Positions 38,569 to 52,417 of a stretch of 64,000 nucleotides of DNA are shown here, piece by piece; position 1 is the first letter of the stretch, and every line of letters begins with the position of its first letter. The position numbers and the translations under genes were made by a program. The notes beneath the pieces are model-generated. The model was not told the origin of the DNA, did no database searches, and saw only the letters and a program-made list of their open reading frames with translations. The stretch is from Squalus acanthias (taxonomy: Eukaryota), in the NCBI GenBank assembly GCA_030390025.1, contig CM059438.1, positions 63,056,001-63,120,000 of the forward strand, written 5' to 3'.

Positions 38569-38674
38569 GTGACAGAGACTGTAGGGTCCCGCATTGGACT
38601 CATCAGTCACCTGAGAACTCATTTTTAGCGTGGAAGCAAGTCATCCTCGGTTCCGAGGGACTGCCTAAGAAGAA
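38569..38674 (+). mobile_element. RTE LINE extreme 3' end (about 105 bp)
   Basis: Nearly identical to 8335-8439, including the taagaagaa tail. Confidence 0.9.
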
Positions 38675-39580
38675 ACATGTTAATCAGATTATTATGGCGG
38701 ACGTGAAGCATTGATGGAGCCCTGCTTTTCTTGGGGAAGAGGTGAAATTAATGCAAAGGTTTTTTTCGGCAGTAGATTTTAAAAAAAATCGGGTGTAAAA
38801 TTATTCTCCATAAATTAGCAAAGGCTGCTGAGTACAAGATGCTAATCATAGATGGTGACAGCTGTTCTATTGATTTAAGCTTTGTGTGTGCGAAAGACTA
38901 ACTTGTACTGCAGGCAAATTGGGTTATATAGGCCATCGTCATAAAATATAAATCAATATCACAGGGCACCCTTTGTTCTGTTCATTTTGTAATTATTGAA
39001 GAGTAATAAACACACTATTTATCTTATTTATACGGTGGAAACATTACGTTATGCTTGAGAAATACTAAGCAAGATTTAAATTTATATTTCTCAAAAATAA
39101 TCTGTCGATACAGAAGAACATGAAATGGATTTAATTTTTGAATTTGAAAAAAACCTACCTGAATTGCACAGTGAGATAGAGTACTATTATTTCACTTCTC
39201 AGACCTTTATTCAAGACTAGCCCTGACTGATGGGATGAAAGTCTCCCTCCCTGCTTGTTGACTATAATTGTCCTTGGTGAAATGATTCAACCCAATTCTC
39301 TTGGACATTAGTCTGCAGAGGAAAACTGCAATCGCCGTTGAATAGAGGGAATGTGGGCCAGGCACTTGGGAGGGAGATTGTGTGTGCCTCCCAACCCGAC
39401 CACACAATCTCCTGGAAGACAACAAAAAAAAAGAAAAAAATCCTTAGGCCAATTTAGGAAAAATGTCTGTGAAATTCCTCTCTGACCCCCCCCCAGAGAC
39501 AATCAAACAAGTTCCAGGAGACTGCGTTGACTGGACAACACATCCCCCAGGATCCATCCATGTCTATCTGCAGTTATGTT

Positions 39581-39730
39581 CTCATGATGTGAAGATGCCG
39601 GCGTTGGACTGGGGTGGACAAAAATGAGAAGTCGCACAACACCAGGTTATAGTCCAACAGATTTATTTAATTTTAAAATTAAATAAATCTGTTGGACTAT
39701 AACCTGGTGTTGTGCGACTTCTCATTTTTG
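39581..39730. mobile_element. Fold-back Penelope-like insertion with a 112-bp perfect palindrome
   Basis: 39619-39730 is a perfect palindrome centred on tttt|aaaa; TGCAGTTATGTT is duplicated at 39569-39580 and 39729-39740. Confidence 0.85.
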
Positions 39731-40413
39731 CAGTTATGTTGGCCATGCTCATTGAGTTGACTGACCGTTTCCTGTTCCTGCTTTTCTTGTATTTTTAATT
39801 ATTTTGATTTTTTTTCCCAGTGCTGATCTTTTTTTGTCTAATATTCTGTCCTTCTGAAGATATAATTCTTTGCTCGAGTACGATTGCCCTCCAGTACCTC
39901 GCCCAGGTGGCCATTATATGTTTATGACCTTGACTTTGAGTTTCGGCAGGCTGTTCAACTGAAGGGGGGTGGGGGTTCACAGCTGAGCCCAGTCTTGTCC
40001 TCACCTGATGTCCACACAGATGCATTTGCAGCAGGAGTCACTGATGGTGATCAAGAATGGAAAACGCTGGCCAATTTCCCTTTCCCAACCTAGAGGCACT
40101 GAGGCTAATTGTAGCTCTCCCTTATTGCTGCCCCAACTGAGGCCATCTAAATCGGCATAGATTGGGATCAAACCTGGCTCTTCCTGGTCAGTGTGACAAA
40201 GCTGTTCACTGAATAAACTCGCGGAGCAGTCAAGAGAGCTGCTGAATTATTCTGAGGCAGAAGCTTATTACAGTACTTGCTGAATAATGTTCCACTCAGT
40301 GTATTTCTTGTATTTGCCAGAAGCACTGGAATTTTATTCTGTTTTATTTTTCATTTAAAATCTCACACTTAAACAGAAACTGTCCTCAGTTGTCAATGAT
40401 ATAATTAACAATA

Positions 40414-40777
40414 CAGGAAACTCTCTTTTAACCGGCACCCAAATAACCGGAAATCTCTCTTAACTGGCAAAATTCTTGAGTAGGTAACCGGGGTTTTCCT
40501 TCATCTCTCCTTTAAAAATAACTTTAAAAAAAACCCCGAGGCATTTGCCTTGTATCGGAGCATGTAGATTGGGAGGGGAATGTGCAGCCCGGGTAGGCAG
40601 CGGACACGACAGATGGTCAGCTGGCGGTCCCCGGGGAGACGGAGCTCCGAATGCAGGCGCATGTCAGTGTGTACGGGGCTCTCGTACGTTGGGAGATATA
40701 ACTCTCCGTTATCCGGACTTTTTGATTAACCGGCACCACGCCGGTCCCGTCGGTGCCGGTTAATAAAGAGTTTCCTG
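40414..40777. mobile_element. Tc1/mariner-superfamily (pogo/Tigger-like) MITE
   Basis: 26-bp TIRs caggaaactct(ctt/tta)ttaaccggcacc with 2 mismatches, flanked by TA on both sides. Confidence 0.9.
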
Positions 40778-41833
40778 TACTATCAAAATGGAGTCTCAAA
40801 TGGGGCAATGATAAGGGTCTTCGTGATAGGGGATAGGTTGGCCTTTAGGAAAGAAAAAAAGAAATTCCATTAATATAGCACCTTTCACGACTTCAGGATG
40901 ATCCAAAGCGCCAGTGAAGTACTTTTAAAGTGTATTGGGGCTTGAAACCATAACCTTCTGACTCAGGCAAGAGTGCTACCCACTAAGCCAAGGCTGCTTT
41001 GCTTAGATTTCTCCAATCTGTCTCGGCTTGTGTCTGTCCATCTCGATCGTCTTGTCTGGTTTGCCCCAATGTAATCACAAAATTTTTGCAACTCACAGAA
41101 GGTGTCTGGTAGTTGGTGCCCCCCCCCCCCCCCACCCCCCGCCCCCAGCAGCCATCCTGACAGTAGCATTGCAGTAGTAGAGAGCTCAAAATATACATTG
41201 CTTCACAAATATACTTGGATAGCACTTCCTGCCCCCACCGAAGGTGGGGAGGGACTGTTGGCTTTCAATGGGTGCTGGCTGCGCTTTGCAACCCCTCCCA
41301 AGAAGCCAGTTTCCATGTGTAAGCCATGACCGTGAGGGTTGGCAGACCATTTACCATGGGGGGCATCACAGCCAAGTCCAACCCTGACATAAGAAGGTCC
41401 AAAGAGAGAAAAGGCCATTCAGTCCATCAAGCCAGCTCCATCTAGTGTCCATGTATGATTATTACTTCACGAACTTTCCTCCTACAACACCTGCTGATCC
41501 TCTACGTATGGAGACACTAATTCCCTTCCCTTCCCTCTTCTGGGAGTGGGCAATGTTGTCTATAGCCCTCAGTCTTTGTTCTCGACAAATACAGACCCAG
41601 CTCCTTCTTGACAATACCATTTGACAGAGGTCCTTCTTCGGAGTTTGTTGCCGAGTGTGTGCGTATGCGCATGTATTAGTTAGATATACACTGTCAAACA
41701 CCTTCCAGCGAGGCACTGAATAGCAATCATGAATAGAATCCCTGTATGATTTTTTTTTTTTTTCCTTTTTATGCGCTGGGGTGCTGAGGCCAATTGTACG
41801 GCCCCAACTGGTGCTCTGGCTAAGATAAGTTAA

Positions 41834-42322
41834 TAAGAACATAAGAAATAGGAGCAGGAGTAGGCCAATCGGCCCCTCGAGCCTGCTCCGCCATTCAATA
41901 AGATCATGGCTGATCTGATCCTAACCGCCAATCTACTATCTATCACAGAACCACCTCCTGCATCTAACAGAATTGCACACACGAAATAGGAGCAGAATCA
42001 GGCTACACGGTCCCTGGGCCCGCTCCACTACCCACAGGGCCATGACCGGATCCGAACCTAGACTCATGTCCAAATTCCTGCCCGCTCCCCGTAACCCTTA
42101 ATGCCCTTTACTTCTAGGAAACTGTCTATTTCTGTTTTAAATTTATTTAATGATGTAGCTTCTACAGCTTTTTGTGGCAGCATATTCCATGGACCTACCA
42201 CCCTCTGAGTGAAGTAGTTCCTCCTCATCTCAGTTTTGAAAGAACAGCCCCTTATTCTAAGACTATGTCCCCTAGTTCTAGTCTCACCCGTCATCGGGAA
42301 CATCCTCCCCGCATCCACCCGA
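41834..42322 (-). mobile_element. CR1 LINE 3' fragment with a doubled 3' UTR
   Basis: ORF 42064-42330 (TRGHSLRIRG...GIKGYG), then a diverged UTR copy and a canonical UTR. Confidence 0.85.
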
Positions 42323-43447
42323 TGCAGCACGGACTGAGGCTCTTGTGGTCTGTGTTACACTTCATAGCCTGTATCCTAAAGGAAACCCAACTGAAACCAG
42401 AACTTAGTGTCTCCTCATGATTTCTATCAATGTTGGAGATGAGGATAGGAAAGGACTTCCATTTATATCACGCCTTTCAGGACCTCAGGACATCCTTACA
42501 AAGCGCTTTACAGCCAATGAAGTACGTTTGAAGCACTGTTTTTTAATGTAGGAATGCCAGATCTGTTAAGGTAATCTGGATTTGGCCAGAGGTATGCACA
42601 GAACATCATCAGAGGCTGGAACAACCGACAAGACAGCCAGTTCATGAGTTTGAATCCAGGTGACCCACCAAAGTTCCCATAATACTTATTTTCATTGATT
42701 TGTACAAGTTTCTTTTCGAATTACGCTATACCGTCCAACAACGGGAATTTCAACTTTACAGGCTACTCCCTAAATTTTGATTCTATTTGCTGGTTCCAAT
42801 GGCATTTTATGAAGTAGAAGCCATTATAACTGGTATCCTGAGGGAGCGGTTTTAATGATGCAAATAACAAAATAAAGCCTTTCATATTATGCGCTTGCCA
42901 GTGACTTTGATTGGCAGCAGAGGGAGAGAAGGAGCTGCTCTTAACCTCTGAGCAGCGTAGGGTTCAGTCAGTTCATGTGAACAGAGGCGAGTGGAGTACA
43001 TAATTACATTTAGCCTCTCAGAGGCTGAGAGTACTTGAATCACCAACTATGAGCTGCATTAAAAAAAAGCAGCTAATGGGAAGAGAACACTTGGACTGAG
43101 TACTGGAAGCAAAAAAGCTCTTGGCTCTTATTTCCCCTTCCACCGTGTTATCAGTGTGAGCAGATGCACTTGACATTAGTGAAGTGTTAAAAATGCAGAG
43201 CATGCTGGAAGTTAAGTGGGTGAAATTATGGAAAAGGTGAACCAGGTGTTTCTGCAAACATTGCTATTTGCTCCATTAAAATTCCATAAAAGGGATACAC
43301 GGTGAGAAGTGGTGAATTACTTAAAAAATAAACCACAGTATGACACAGGGATGCTGAGCTCATTGTTGGTGCAGGAACTGATCGATAGTGTCAGCCATGT
43401 CACAAGTGGATTAATTTACTGCAGTCCACCCTCTCAAGACAAGTCCA

Positions 43448-43625
43448 CCTATTCAAGACAGAGATCGATAGATTTTTGAATATTAAGGGAATCAAGGGAT
43501 ATGGGGATAGTGCAGGAAGGTGGAGATGAGGTAGAAGATCAGCCATGATCTTATTGAATTGGCGGAGCAGGCTCGAGGGGCCAAATGGCCGACTCCTGCT
43601 CCTATATCTTAATGTTCTTATGTTC
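43448..43625 (+). mobile_element. CR1 LINE 3' end followed by a CT-rich tract
   Basis: ggaatcaagggatatgggg...ggccgactcctgctcctat...gttcttatgttc. Confidence 0.85.
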
Positions 43626-44399
43626 ATCCTATGTCTGTCTATCTGTCTCTCTCTTTATTTCTCTCTCCCTCTCTTCGGTCTCTCTTCCTCTCTCTGTCTC
43701 GCCCCCTCTCTTCCTAACCCTGTCTCTGCCCTCGCCCTGTCTTGGGCTCTCCCTCTCCTCGTCTCGCCCCTTCTTGCTTTCTCCCCGTCTCGGTTTCTCC
43801 CTCTCCCCTCAGAATCCTGTACTTTTGTCTCGACTTGCTTTTCTTAACCATTATGAACTTCTTGGCCGGTGGGGTGCATTTAACAATCATGTTGTGACAA
43901 GCTAATGAAGCGTTAACTTCTGAGTGTATTACATTCTGCCATGTGAGAAAGCCCTTTGCACTGCATATTCACGTAGTTTAACAAACAAAACAAGCTTGCT
44001 AAGCTTTTTCATAACATATTTCTCCCTCAGCATGACTGACAGACCGCAACACAGTCAGTACAGTAACAGAGTCGATGCAATACAGGGTGGAACTCCTTAA
44101 AGATTAGATGGCCGAAGTCATTTTAAATGATCTTCACAACAGTTTTTAAATGTAGAAATATTGATGGTTTAACCTTTATAATAATTAGAGGAGTCAAGAA
44201 CACAGGTCAGAACTGAAATGGTCATTGTCTTTATAAAGTGCTGGCAAATCTTTTCGACCAAAGAGGTATTTATCATTTTCAACATCATGACGTGTTTTAC
44301 TATGTTTTATGGCCCCATCTTGCATGTTCGGCAAACCTTTTGATTTGTTTGCCAGGAATTTTCATGATTACAGGACCCTTTCAAAAAGGCTGGAGACTA

Positions 44400-45128
44400 G
44401 GGCCTGGGGTCTCCGCTCGGTTACGCTGGGTTTTTGGCGCAATTCAGCCAAAATCGGCGTAACCGGCGGCGAAGATCGCGGAATCAGCACAAATCGAGTT
44501 TCTGCCATCTTTTTGCGCTAGTTTTTAAAACGTTGCACAAGAGGCAGGCCCCGCCCACAAAACTGGCCACGCCCCCCCAGGGTGAGTGAATCACCATTGG
44601 GAGTTTCCACTAATTGCGCTCGTTGGCGGGGCCTTCGAGGAGGCTCCAGAAATTAAGCTGGCTCTTTTGGGCATAAGGACACCAATAGGAACGTTTTAAA
44701 CTGTTTTGAATGTAATTTTTTTTTTTAATTTACTAAGGAAATGACCACTGCACCCCAATCTAACTAGAAAACAGTTTAGTATATTTTTTTAAAAGTCATT
44801 TTCAATTTAAAATCGGGTTACTCACAGGTGGTGGATTAACGCTGTGATTAAAATGCTTATTCTTTGTGATAAACCCATTTTCAGTTGTATTAATCAAACT
44901 GCACCAAGTTACCACTCTTAAATATATCAAGAGATATTTTTTAAAGCTACTTTTTTTTTTTAAATCACGTTTTAAAACGCTGCCCGATTACGCTGGTTCA
45001 TGGCAGATTTTGCGTTTGCCGATATGCAAATGAGTTCGAGTAGAACCGGTGGGGGGAGAAACACTTTTCAAAACGGGTGCAATTTGCGCCAGAATCGCCG
45101 TTTGCGCCCAAAGTGGATACGCTACCCC
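44400..45128. mobile_element. Probable CpG-rich non-autonomous DNA transposon (MITE-like)
   Basis: CpG-rich ends with an AT-rich core, the same layout as 12751-13554; only a weak TIR match. Confidence 0.5.
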
Positions 45129-46749
45129 TGGGTATTTGCATATTCACAAGGCCCATCAAGGTGAGATGTAATTTATGTAATTTATCCAATTTATCATTTA
45201 CGGCTGAGCTCTGGAACTGTATCTAAGCTCAGCATCAGTATTTCGTGCCACTGGTTCATAGAAGCAAAGTCGGAGGCACCCAGAACCACACTGTTCCTGC
45301 TCCAGCTGCTCTCACCATCCCGATTATCCAGTGGTGTTCCTACCACAGAATGACCTATATTCCCCTTTGGTATGAGCTGACTGCCTAAAACCATCAGGAA
45401 AATGAAGCAGAATTTTATGTGACAGTGGGTTGCCTCTACTGTACTTGCCCTGAGGGTGAACCAATAATGTATGGACAGGAACATTTGGGGCATTTCAGCA
45501 GAGGTTTTCCTCGTCAGTTCACAGTATGAGCGCGCTGTGCCCAAGGGAAGCAGCTCAAGGTAAGGCCAGTCTTTGAGGTGGCTCTTGTTGACTGATGTGC
45601 TGGTTTTGAACTGTGCCAGTTTACAGTGCAAAAACAATTGCAGGTTTCTGGACATTTCTGGATTATTATTCCCAACTATAAATGAGGCGTTGAGTGAACT
45701 TAGGGAAGTGAGGCTGAAACAAGGGAATCTATGGCGGAACTTTTTGAAGCTTGTCAGATGCCAGGATGCCACCAAAAGATTAACAAATACTTCCTAATTA
45801 TTCCATTCAAAAATAAAAGCGTTCGAAGCAAGTGTGACAAAAATGAAGCATTTATTCTCTAAGATGTGTTCTGTTGTTGGCTCCTTTCTGCCTTATTACA
45901 GTACATGCAGGGTTAGGAGCTTAGGTTCAGTTACAGAAAATGGCCCAATCTGGCTGATTATACACATCAGGACATGAGATGAAGTGTAGTTGAGGGAGGC
46001 CTTGATATGTGAGTGTTTATCGTTGCCACTGTTCCTGGATGAGGAAATGCTTCACAAATAGTGTCTGAAGTGTTTTGGAGCAGAATCTGTCCCCGGGAAG
46101 GAAGTACAGCCATTCAATTCAAATACGGGGATCTTTAGAAAATACATGTTTGGCAATTTTACTTGAGTTTGAGAGACATGTTTTTAATCTCCCTTGTTCC
46201 AATCTTCAAAGGACTCTGGAAAGTTACTCTGGCTGACTTGCTCCAAATTGGCAGTTATTCAGAAGCCATCAGACATGGTGGCACGTCATAGATTCTGTGC
46301 TAGGTCGGTAGCGGACCACTGTGTAAGATTAATTTCAGGCCTTGATTTAGATCTAATTTTTCATTGAATCTTAGCCAACTTTTGTTGGTTTCCATCTCTC
46401 AAGGAGCTGTAGTTAAGTATATAATTACTGTTAAGCTTTTTTGTTCTCACTACCATTCATTTTCTTTTTACCGTTCAATAAATTTGTCCAGTAATGTATA
46501 ACCTTCGCCACAGTCAGATAGTGAGTTTATTCTTCTGCCTTCTGGAGTCAAGGATATAATATTGGTAGCATGTGACATACCGAGTAAGTTGAAAAGGTTT
46601 CTTTGTTTGATACCAGGGCTCTCTACAGTTGCCTCCATTTAGGACAGGTAAAGGCACACTCTAGTTCGTAGGGAGTGAAGGCTCACCTTATGGGAGTGGT
46701 TTGCAACGCTGAACCCGAGGCAAATATCAAGTGGAAAAACTTGAGACAA

Positions 46750-47172
46750 AGAAAGTACTTGCATATATACAGCGCCTTTCACAACCTCAGGACGTCCCAA
46801 AGCGCTTTACAGCCAATTAACTATTTTTGAAGTATAGTCACTGTTGGAAGGTAGGAAATGCGGCGGCCAATTTGGGCACAGCAAGCTCCCACAAACAGCA
46901 ATGTGATAATGACCAGATAATCTTGTTTTTAGTGATGCCGGTTGGGAGATAAATACTGCTCTCCTTCGAAAGAGTGCCATGGGATCTTTTACATCCACCT
47001 GAGGGAGGGCAGATGGGGCCTCAGTTGAAAGTTGCACCAATGACAGTGCAACATTCCGTCAGTACTGCACTGGAGTGTCCGCCTAGATATTTGTGCTCAA
47101 GTCTCTGGAGTGGGGCTTGAACCAACAACCTTCTGACTCCGAGATGAGAGTGCTACCCACTGAGCCTCGGCT
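46750..47172 (-). mobile_element. Deu-type tRNA SINE
   Basis: Reverse complement of 17279-17757, including the tRNA head. Confidence 0.85.
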
Positions 47173-47733
47173 GATCACTAATGGCAAGGAGAATTACAGA
47201 TCGAATACCTTGCCATGTATTTTGCAAAAAATAAATGCTTTACAGACCGAGCAATTCAAGCTTACTAAGCAGAGCGAAAGCAATTGCGGGCTCGTGTCAG
47301 CTTATGGGAAACTGGTCACATTTGGGAAATGTGTGTAAGTTGTTTGAGCATGTAACAAAACTGGTAGATAAACCTGCATTAGACGCTATATAATTTGACT
47401 TGCTGGAAGCATTAATGATGTGCCCCACGATAGACCTATTCTGACATTGTATGTTGTGCAGTTAATGGGGAATAAAAGGTTGTAATCAACGAGGGTAATG
47501 TTAATTGGATAGCGGTGATCAGCAGCGTATGATTGGGACCTCTGCTGCACAGACTCTTTCTAAATGATCTAGGCAAGGGTATTGAAAGTCAAATGTCTTG
47601 TCAGTGGAATTCACGTTTTGTAGGAGTGCAGGATGTTATGAGCAAAGGAAAGGAATTTGTAGATGGTGTTTGATATTGAGAGATATTGCAAATGCTAGAA
47701 CCTGGAAATTAAAATTCAAAATGCTGGAAATCC

Positions 47734-47975
47734 TTTACCCAGGGAGTAGTTAGAATGTGGAACTCGCTACCACAGGGAGTAGTTGAGGCGAATAGCAGAG
47801 ATACATTTAAGGGGACGCTAGATAAACACATCAGGGAGAAAGGAATAGAAGGTTATGCTGATTGGGTGAGATGAAGAAGGGTGGGAGGAGGCTCGTGTGG
47901 AGCATAAACACCCGCATAGACCGGTTGGGCCGAATGGCCTGTTTCTGTGCTGTAAATTCTATGTAATTTTATGTA
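47734..47975 (+). mobile_element. CR1 LINE 3' end
   Basis: Similar to 56900-57263. Confidence 0.85.
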
Positions 47976-48736
47976 AAGTAATGCGCAGTGGCGCTAAAAT
48001 AGCACGCGACTATAAATTGAAGGATGTGTTGTGAAATAAGATGTGAAAAGTCTGGGTCTAATAGTTGGCTAAACACAGAGGGGCGTGTAGAGGTTCAGGG
48101 AAGGGTAACTAGGGTAGTTCTCGATTTATTTGAGGCATCTAGAGAGGGTCAAGCAGATAAATTTCATTCGAGCAACACAGATTTTTATGGGAAGAGGGAT
48201 GGCTCAAGTTGTTGAAATGAAGAGAGTCGGTAAGATTATATGCAGACATAATGCGGTCACCATTTTAAAATCATACATTCTGCCCTTATTTTTTGATCAT
48301 GTACTTATATTATTACTTATATTTAATTAGCAAATCATCTGTCAGTTGGGAAGCAGAGAACGAGAGTTGCTTAGACTATAGGCGTTTCTCTGCCGCACAG
48401 GAGATACAAAACTGAGGCACTACAGAGCTACCCTGAGTGGGTGGGTGTGATCACAGCGTGACAAGTTTACATAGGCAGTTTCCATTATAAATGTAGACAC
48501 AAGAATTTATAATGGAAAAAAGTTGACCAGAAGTGTGTGCAGATGCAAGATGTTTGTTATTATCGATAGATATCTGATCGTTACCAGGCAGTGACAGTGA
48601 TGGGAGTATCACCTCTAGCAGGGAGCACATGTCGTTATCAATATTTTTAGGCTCTCTTTGGCAGAGTGCTTTTCCCCTTTTCTCACCCAGTGTTGAGGTG
48701 CTTGTTTAAGTCGTGCCTTCATACTGAAGAATTAAT

Positions 48737-49434
48737 GGGGATTAAATTGGGCCCCAAAATGGCGGGCAGGAAGCGCGCACACTTCCAACCGGAAGTGCAC
48801 CACCCGCCATATTTGGTAAGGACAAACAAGAGGTGTCCGTTAACCACCCTGAAGCAGGCGTTAGGCTAGGGGCATAGCGCCTGCTTCAGCTCCCCACTGC
48901 GACATTGGATTGCCCTGAGCCAGCTAACACTGGCTGCACTCTCGGAAACCAACTCTAAACATCGCCTACATAAAAACAAGACAAGTTGCTTACTGCGATC
49001 ACCATCCCGATCACCGCCGATCCCGGCTCCATGATCTTCGACCTCCAGGTCCTGGCCCTGACCCCCGATGTATCCCTGACCCCCCCCCCGCCCGCCTCGA
49101 CCTGCAGACACCTCGTTTCCCGATCGCCTTCCCCTCTCCTCACCCTCTGATCCCCACTCGCTCCCTCCCCCCCACGCCACTGAGACTCTGATCACTCCAT
49201 CCCCCGAGGCCGCGATCACAACGCAGGCCACCGATCACTTACCCGTGGGCTGCTGCGGCACTAGCAGCGGCCCGAATATGTCAGCGGCCATTACCTGCGT
49301 GGCCTTCTCTTCTCCTGCAGCGCTGTCTTCAGTCTAATGAGGTTCGAGGCCCAATATCCAGGGCTCCTCAGATCTCACCATTTGTGCACAGGGTAATTAC
49401 AGGTGGGGGAGGGGTGGGCTCCCGAATTTCTCCC
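48737..49434. mobile_element. Probable Harbinger-like MITE
   Basis: GC-rich block with ends ggggattaaattggg / cccgaatttctccc and TAAT on both flanks. Confidence 0.5.
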
Positions 49435-52011
49435 TAATGTATTCAAGTGAGTACTGACCACCTTGTTGAATGATAACTCAGTTGAACTATTCAAAAGGGA
49501 ACCGGACAGGTTTCTGATCTGTCACAGAGTAGATGGCTGTGGGGATGGGATGGACAAGAGATGATAAAATTGGGCCCTGAAAGAGGACCTTGATGATGGG
49601 TAGTAATGAATAGCCTTTCCTAATTTGATTTAGCCCCAGCTTCTAGCGGTTACTTCCTAGCTGTTTTTGCTCTGTGATGTGAAGTACTGTGAACAGGTCA
49701 ATAACTAATTATGCTGTTCCAATTTCTGTATCCACATACAATTTCTCAGAAAATGCACTACTTAGGTTGAACAGCTGTTACATAATTCAGCAGCAACAGT
49801 ATAGATGGCCTATAAGTTGACAGTGGTACCTGTACCTCACAGTTGTGTGGGAGTTCTCTTGTCATTTGTGCAGAAGTTATGCACCAATCGATCTCTGAGA
49901 TAAATGAATGCTGGCTGCTTTGTTACCACTGTGGTTTAACCTGCCTTCAAATGTTTGGTCCTTTGCTATAATGGATGCTTAGCTTTGTCAGTTTAACAGC
50001 ATGCAGTATACATATGATACCATTTGGAAATGCATCATTAGCGTTTACCCAGTGTATTCATTACAGCGGTGACGTGACGATACTTCAATAGTACTTCATT
50101 TGCTGCAAAGTGCTTTGGGATGTCCTGGTGATGTGAATGACGCTATATAAATGAAAGTTGGTTCATTCTTTCATTTCGTTCTTTCTCTGCTTCTTTCTTT
50201 ATCTCCTTGCTTTCTTCCTCTCCTTTCTTTCCTTCCTTTCATCTTTCCGTCTTTCATTTTCTTTTTTCCTGTCCCTTCTCCTGGCTTGGTTTGCACTGGC
50301 ACTCAGTGTTCAATCAGGCTTGCATCTTCAGCTGTCCAACAGTGTTGGCATTCCAGTTGGACATGGTGGAAGGAGATTCATATTGTCTGATGGTGATAAT
50401 CCGTTAATGCCACAACTGCAATCATCTGTGCCAGAGAAGGTACTCTGCCGTTAGATGCCCAGAGTTGGACTGGTTCCTGAAAGTGGACCTCGAGGGTCAT
50501 CACATTTTATCCACTTGATTCCTTGAATCCATCATTGGACTCTTATAATTCATACAAGAGTATGAATGGCTCCAAATTTCATATCTTAAAACTTTTGATG
50601 AAAATAAATGTTGTAGACAGCAATATGAGATGTGTCATCCATACCTTTTTGTTATGGAAATACTTCTAAATCATGTCAAAATTGTAAAACTACAGTAGTT
50701 TTGATCTTCGTAGTGACCGTCTCCTTTTATTAAATGCCCTTCAACATCAGATGGAAGGTCCTCTTGTGAGGGTCATTTGTGGACAGGACTTTAAGCCCTG
50801 CTTGGCCCTTGTTGCACATAGGTTCACTAATCAAAAGCTGGTAGTCACAATTCATTTTAATAAACTTCATTTTTCTTCTCATCATTGCTCTTCCCTTCCT
50901 TCTTCTCCTGAAGGCATTGACTCCTCACCAGGCTATGGTTGCTTGGGCACCAGCTATCGAGCAGCACTTTTGTCCAAGAGTTTTGACAGTGAACGTCGGC
51001 AGGGTATTTGGATGTGAGGTGGTCGGAGGAAGAGCGTCACGGCTGGAACCCGACCTCGTCCTTGCCCAAAATCCATGTGTGCACATCCATTGACAGTCAT
51101 TGAATAGCAATCTGGAGCAGGAGCCCTAGTCAGAATTCCCACTCCTGATTGCTTTGCTGGGGGTCTGCCTCTTCCCCCAGCCCCAGCGGAGACCAGCTAA
51201 CTCTAGTAGACCAGTGATTCAACCTACGGCCCTCCTGATTTGTGCTCAGCTACTCACTGCCGCAACCGCTGGGGGAAAACCTCCAATTTTAATAAATCAA
51301 AGAACAGAATCTTCACAGCACACTGAGATGAAGATTTTTTTCTGTTGAATCTTTCCAAAGCTCCAGGCCATATTCTGAGATTTTGCATGTGTCCATGTTG
51401 GTCATTCTTCACTGGTGCACTGATGTCTTAAAAGTAATTATCTAATCTTTATTGGCTTCAGGGGATTTAATTTCCTCTGTGCTTTGATTAGTGCCTGTAT
51501 TAAAATCCTATCTGCATGATTTTAATGTATTCATTAACTGATTTATATTAAATGAATTAACGGTTACATTCAAATAACAAATTTAACGTGAGTGCATTGA
51601 ACAGTCTGCTAAATATAGTTCACGGAGGAGGGTAAACCCACGTCACTGATTTCCAGAAACCTGACCTTGTGTGATGCAGCACAGATCCTGCACCTACTTT
51701 GTCTGAAGGACAAGAAATGTGTTCTTGAATTGTGGTATAGAAAGAAAATGCCTTGACAACGGCGTCGTTTTAATATTTTAACATTACTAGTTGGTCTTCT
51801 GTAGCCTTGCACATGGGGAGTCGAGACCAAGTCTAGTCTTCAGGTGAAGCGGGATTGTGGTTGGGTGACAGTCGGAGCAGGGCGCACAGATTTAGTTCAG
51901 TCCCCATTTTCAAGTCATACCTGCTGTCCTCAGGAATTTATAATGGAAGTATAAAACTATGTCCACATCTATAATGGAACTTCCAATGTAAACTTGTCAC
52001 ACTGTAAATGT

Positions 52012-52417
52012 GTGTCAGCCATGGCTCACTGGTAGCAATCTTGCCTCTGAGTCAGAATGGTTTGGCTGACACTTCAGTGCAGTACTGAGGGAGCGCTGCA
52101 CTGTCTGATGTGCTGTCTTTCAGATGAGATGTCTGACTCCACAGGTGGACGTAAAACATCCCACGGGACTATTTCAAAGAAGAGCAGTGGAGTTCTTCCC
52201 GGTGTTCTGACCAATATTAATCCCTCAACTAAAATCTCAAAACAGATTATCTGGTCATTATTACATTATTGTTTGTGGGAGCTTGCTGTGCGCAAATTGT
52301 CTGCCATGTTTCTTACTTTACAACAGTGACTACACTTCAAAAGTACTTCATTGGCTGTAAAGCACTTTGAGCAATCCTAAGGACATGAAAGGTGCTTTTC
52401 AATGTAAATCTTTCTTT
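52012..52417 (+). mobile_element. Deu-type tRNA SINE (internally deleted)
   Basis: gtgtcagccatggctcactggtagc head, core and tail as in 17279-17757. Confidence 0.85.

Noticed and set aside
45194..45775. 193-aa minus-strand ORF
   Set aside because: No recognisable domain, splice signals or coding-like composition.
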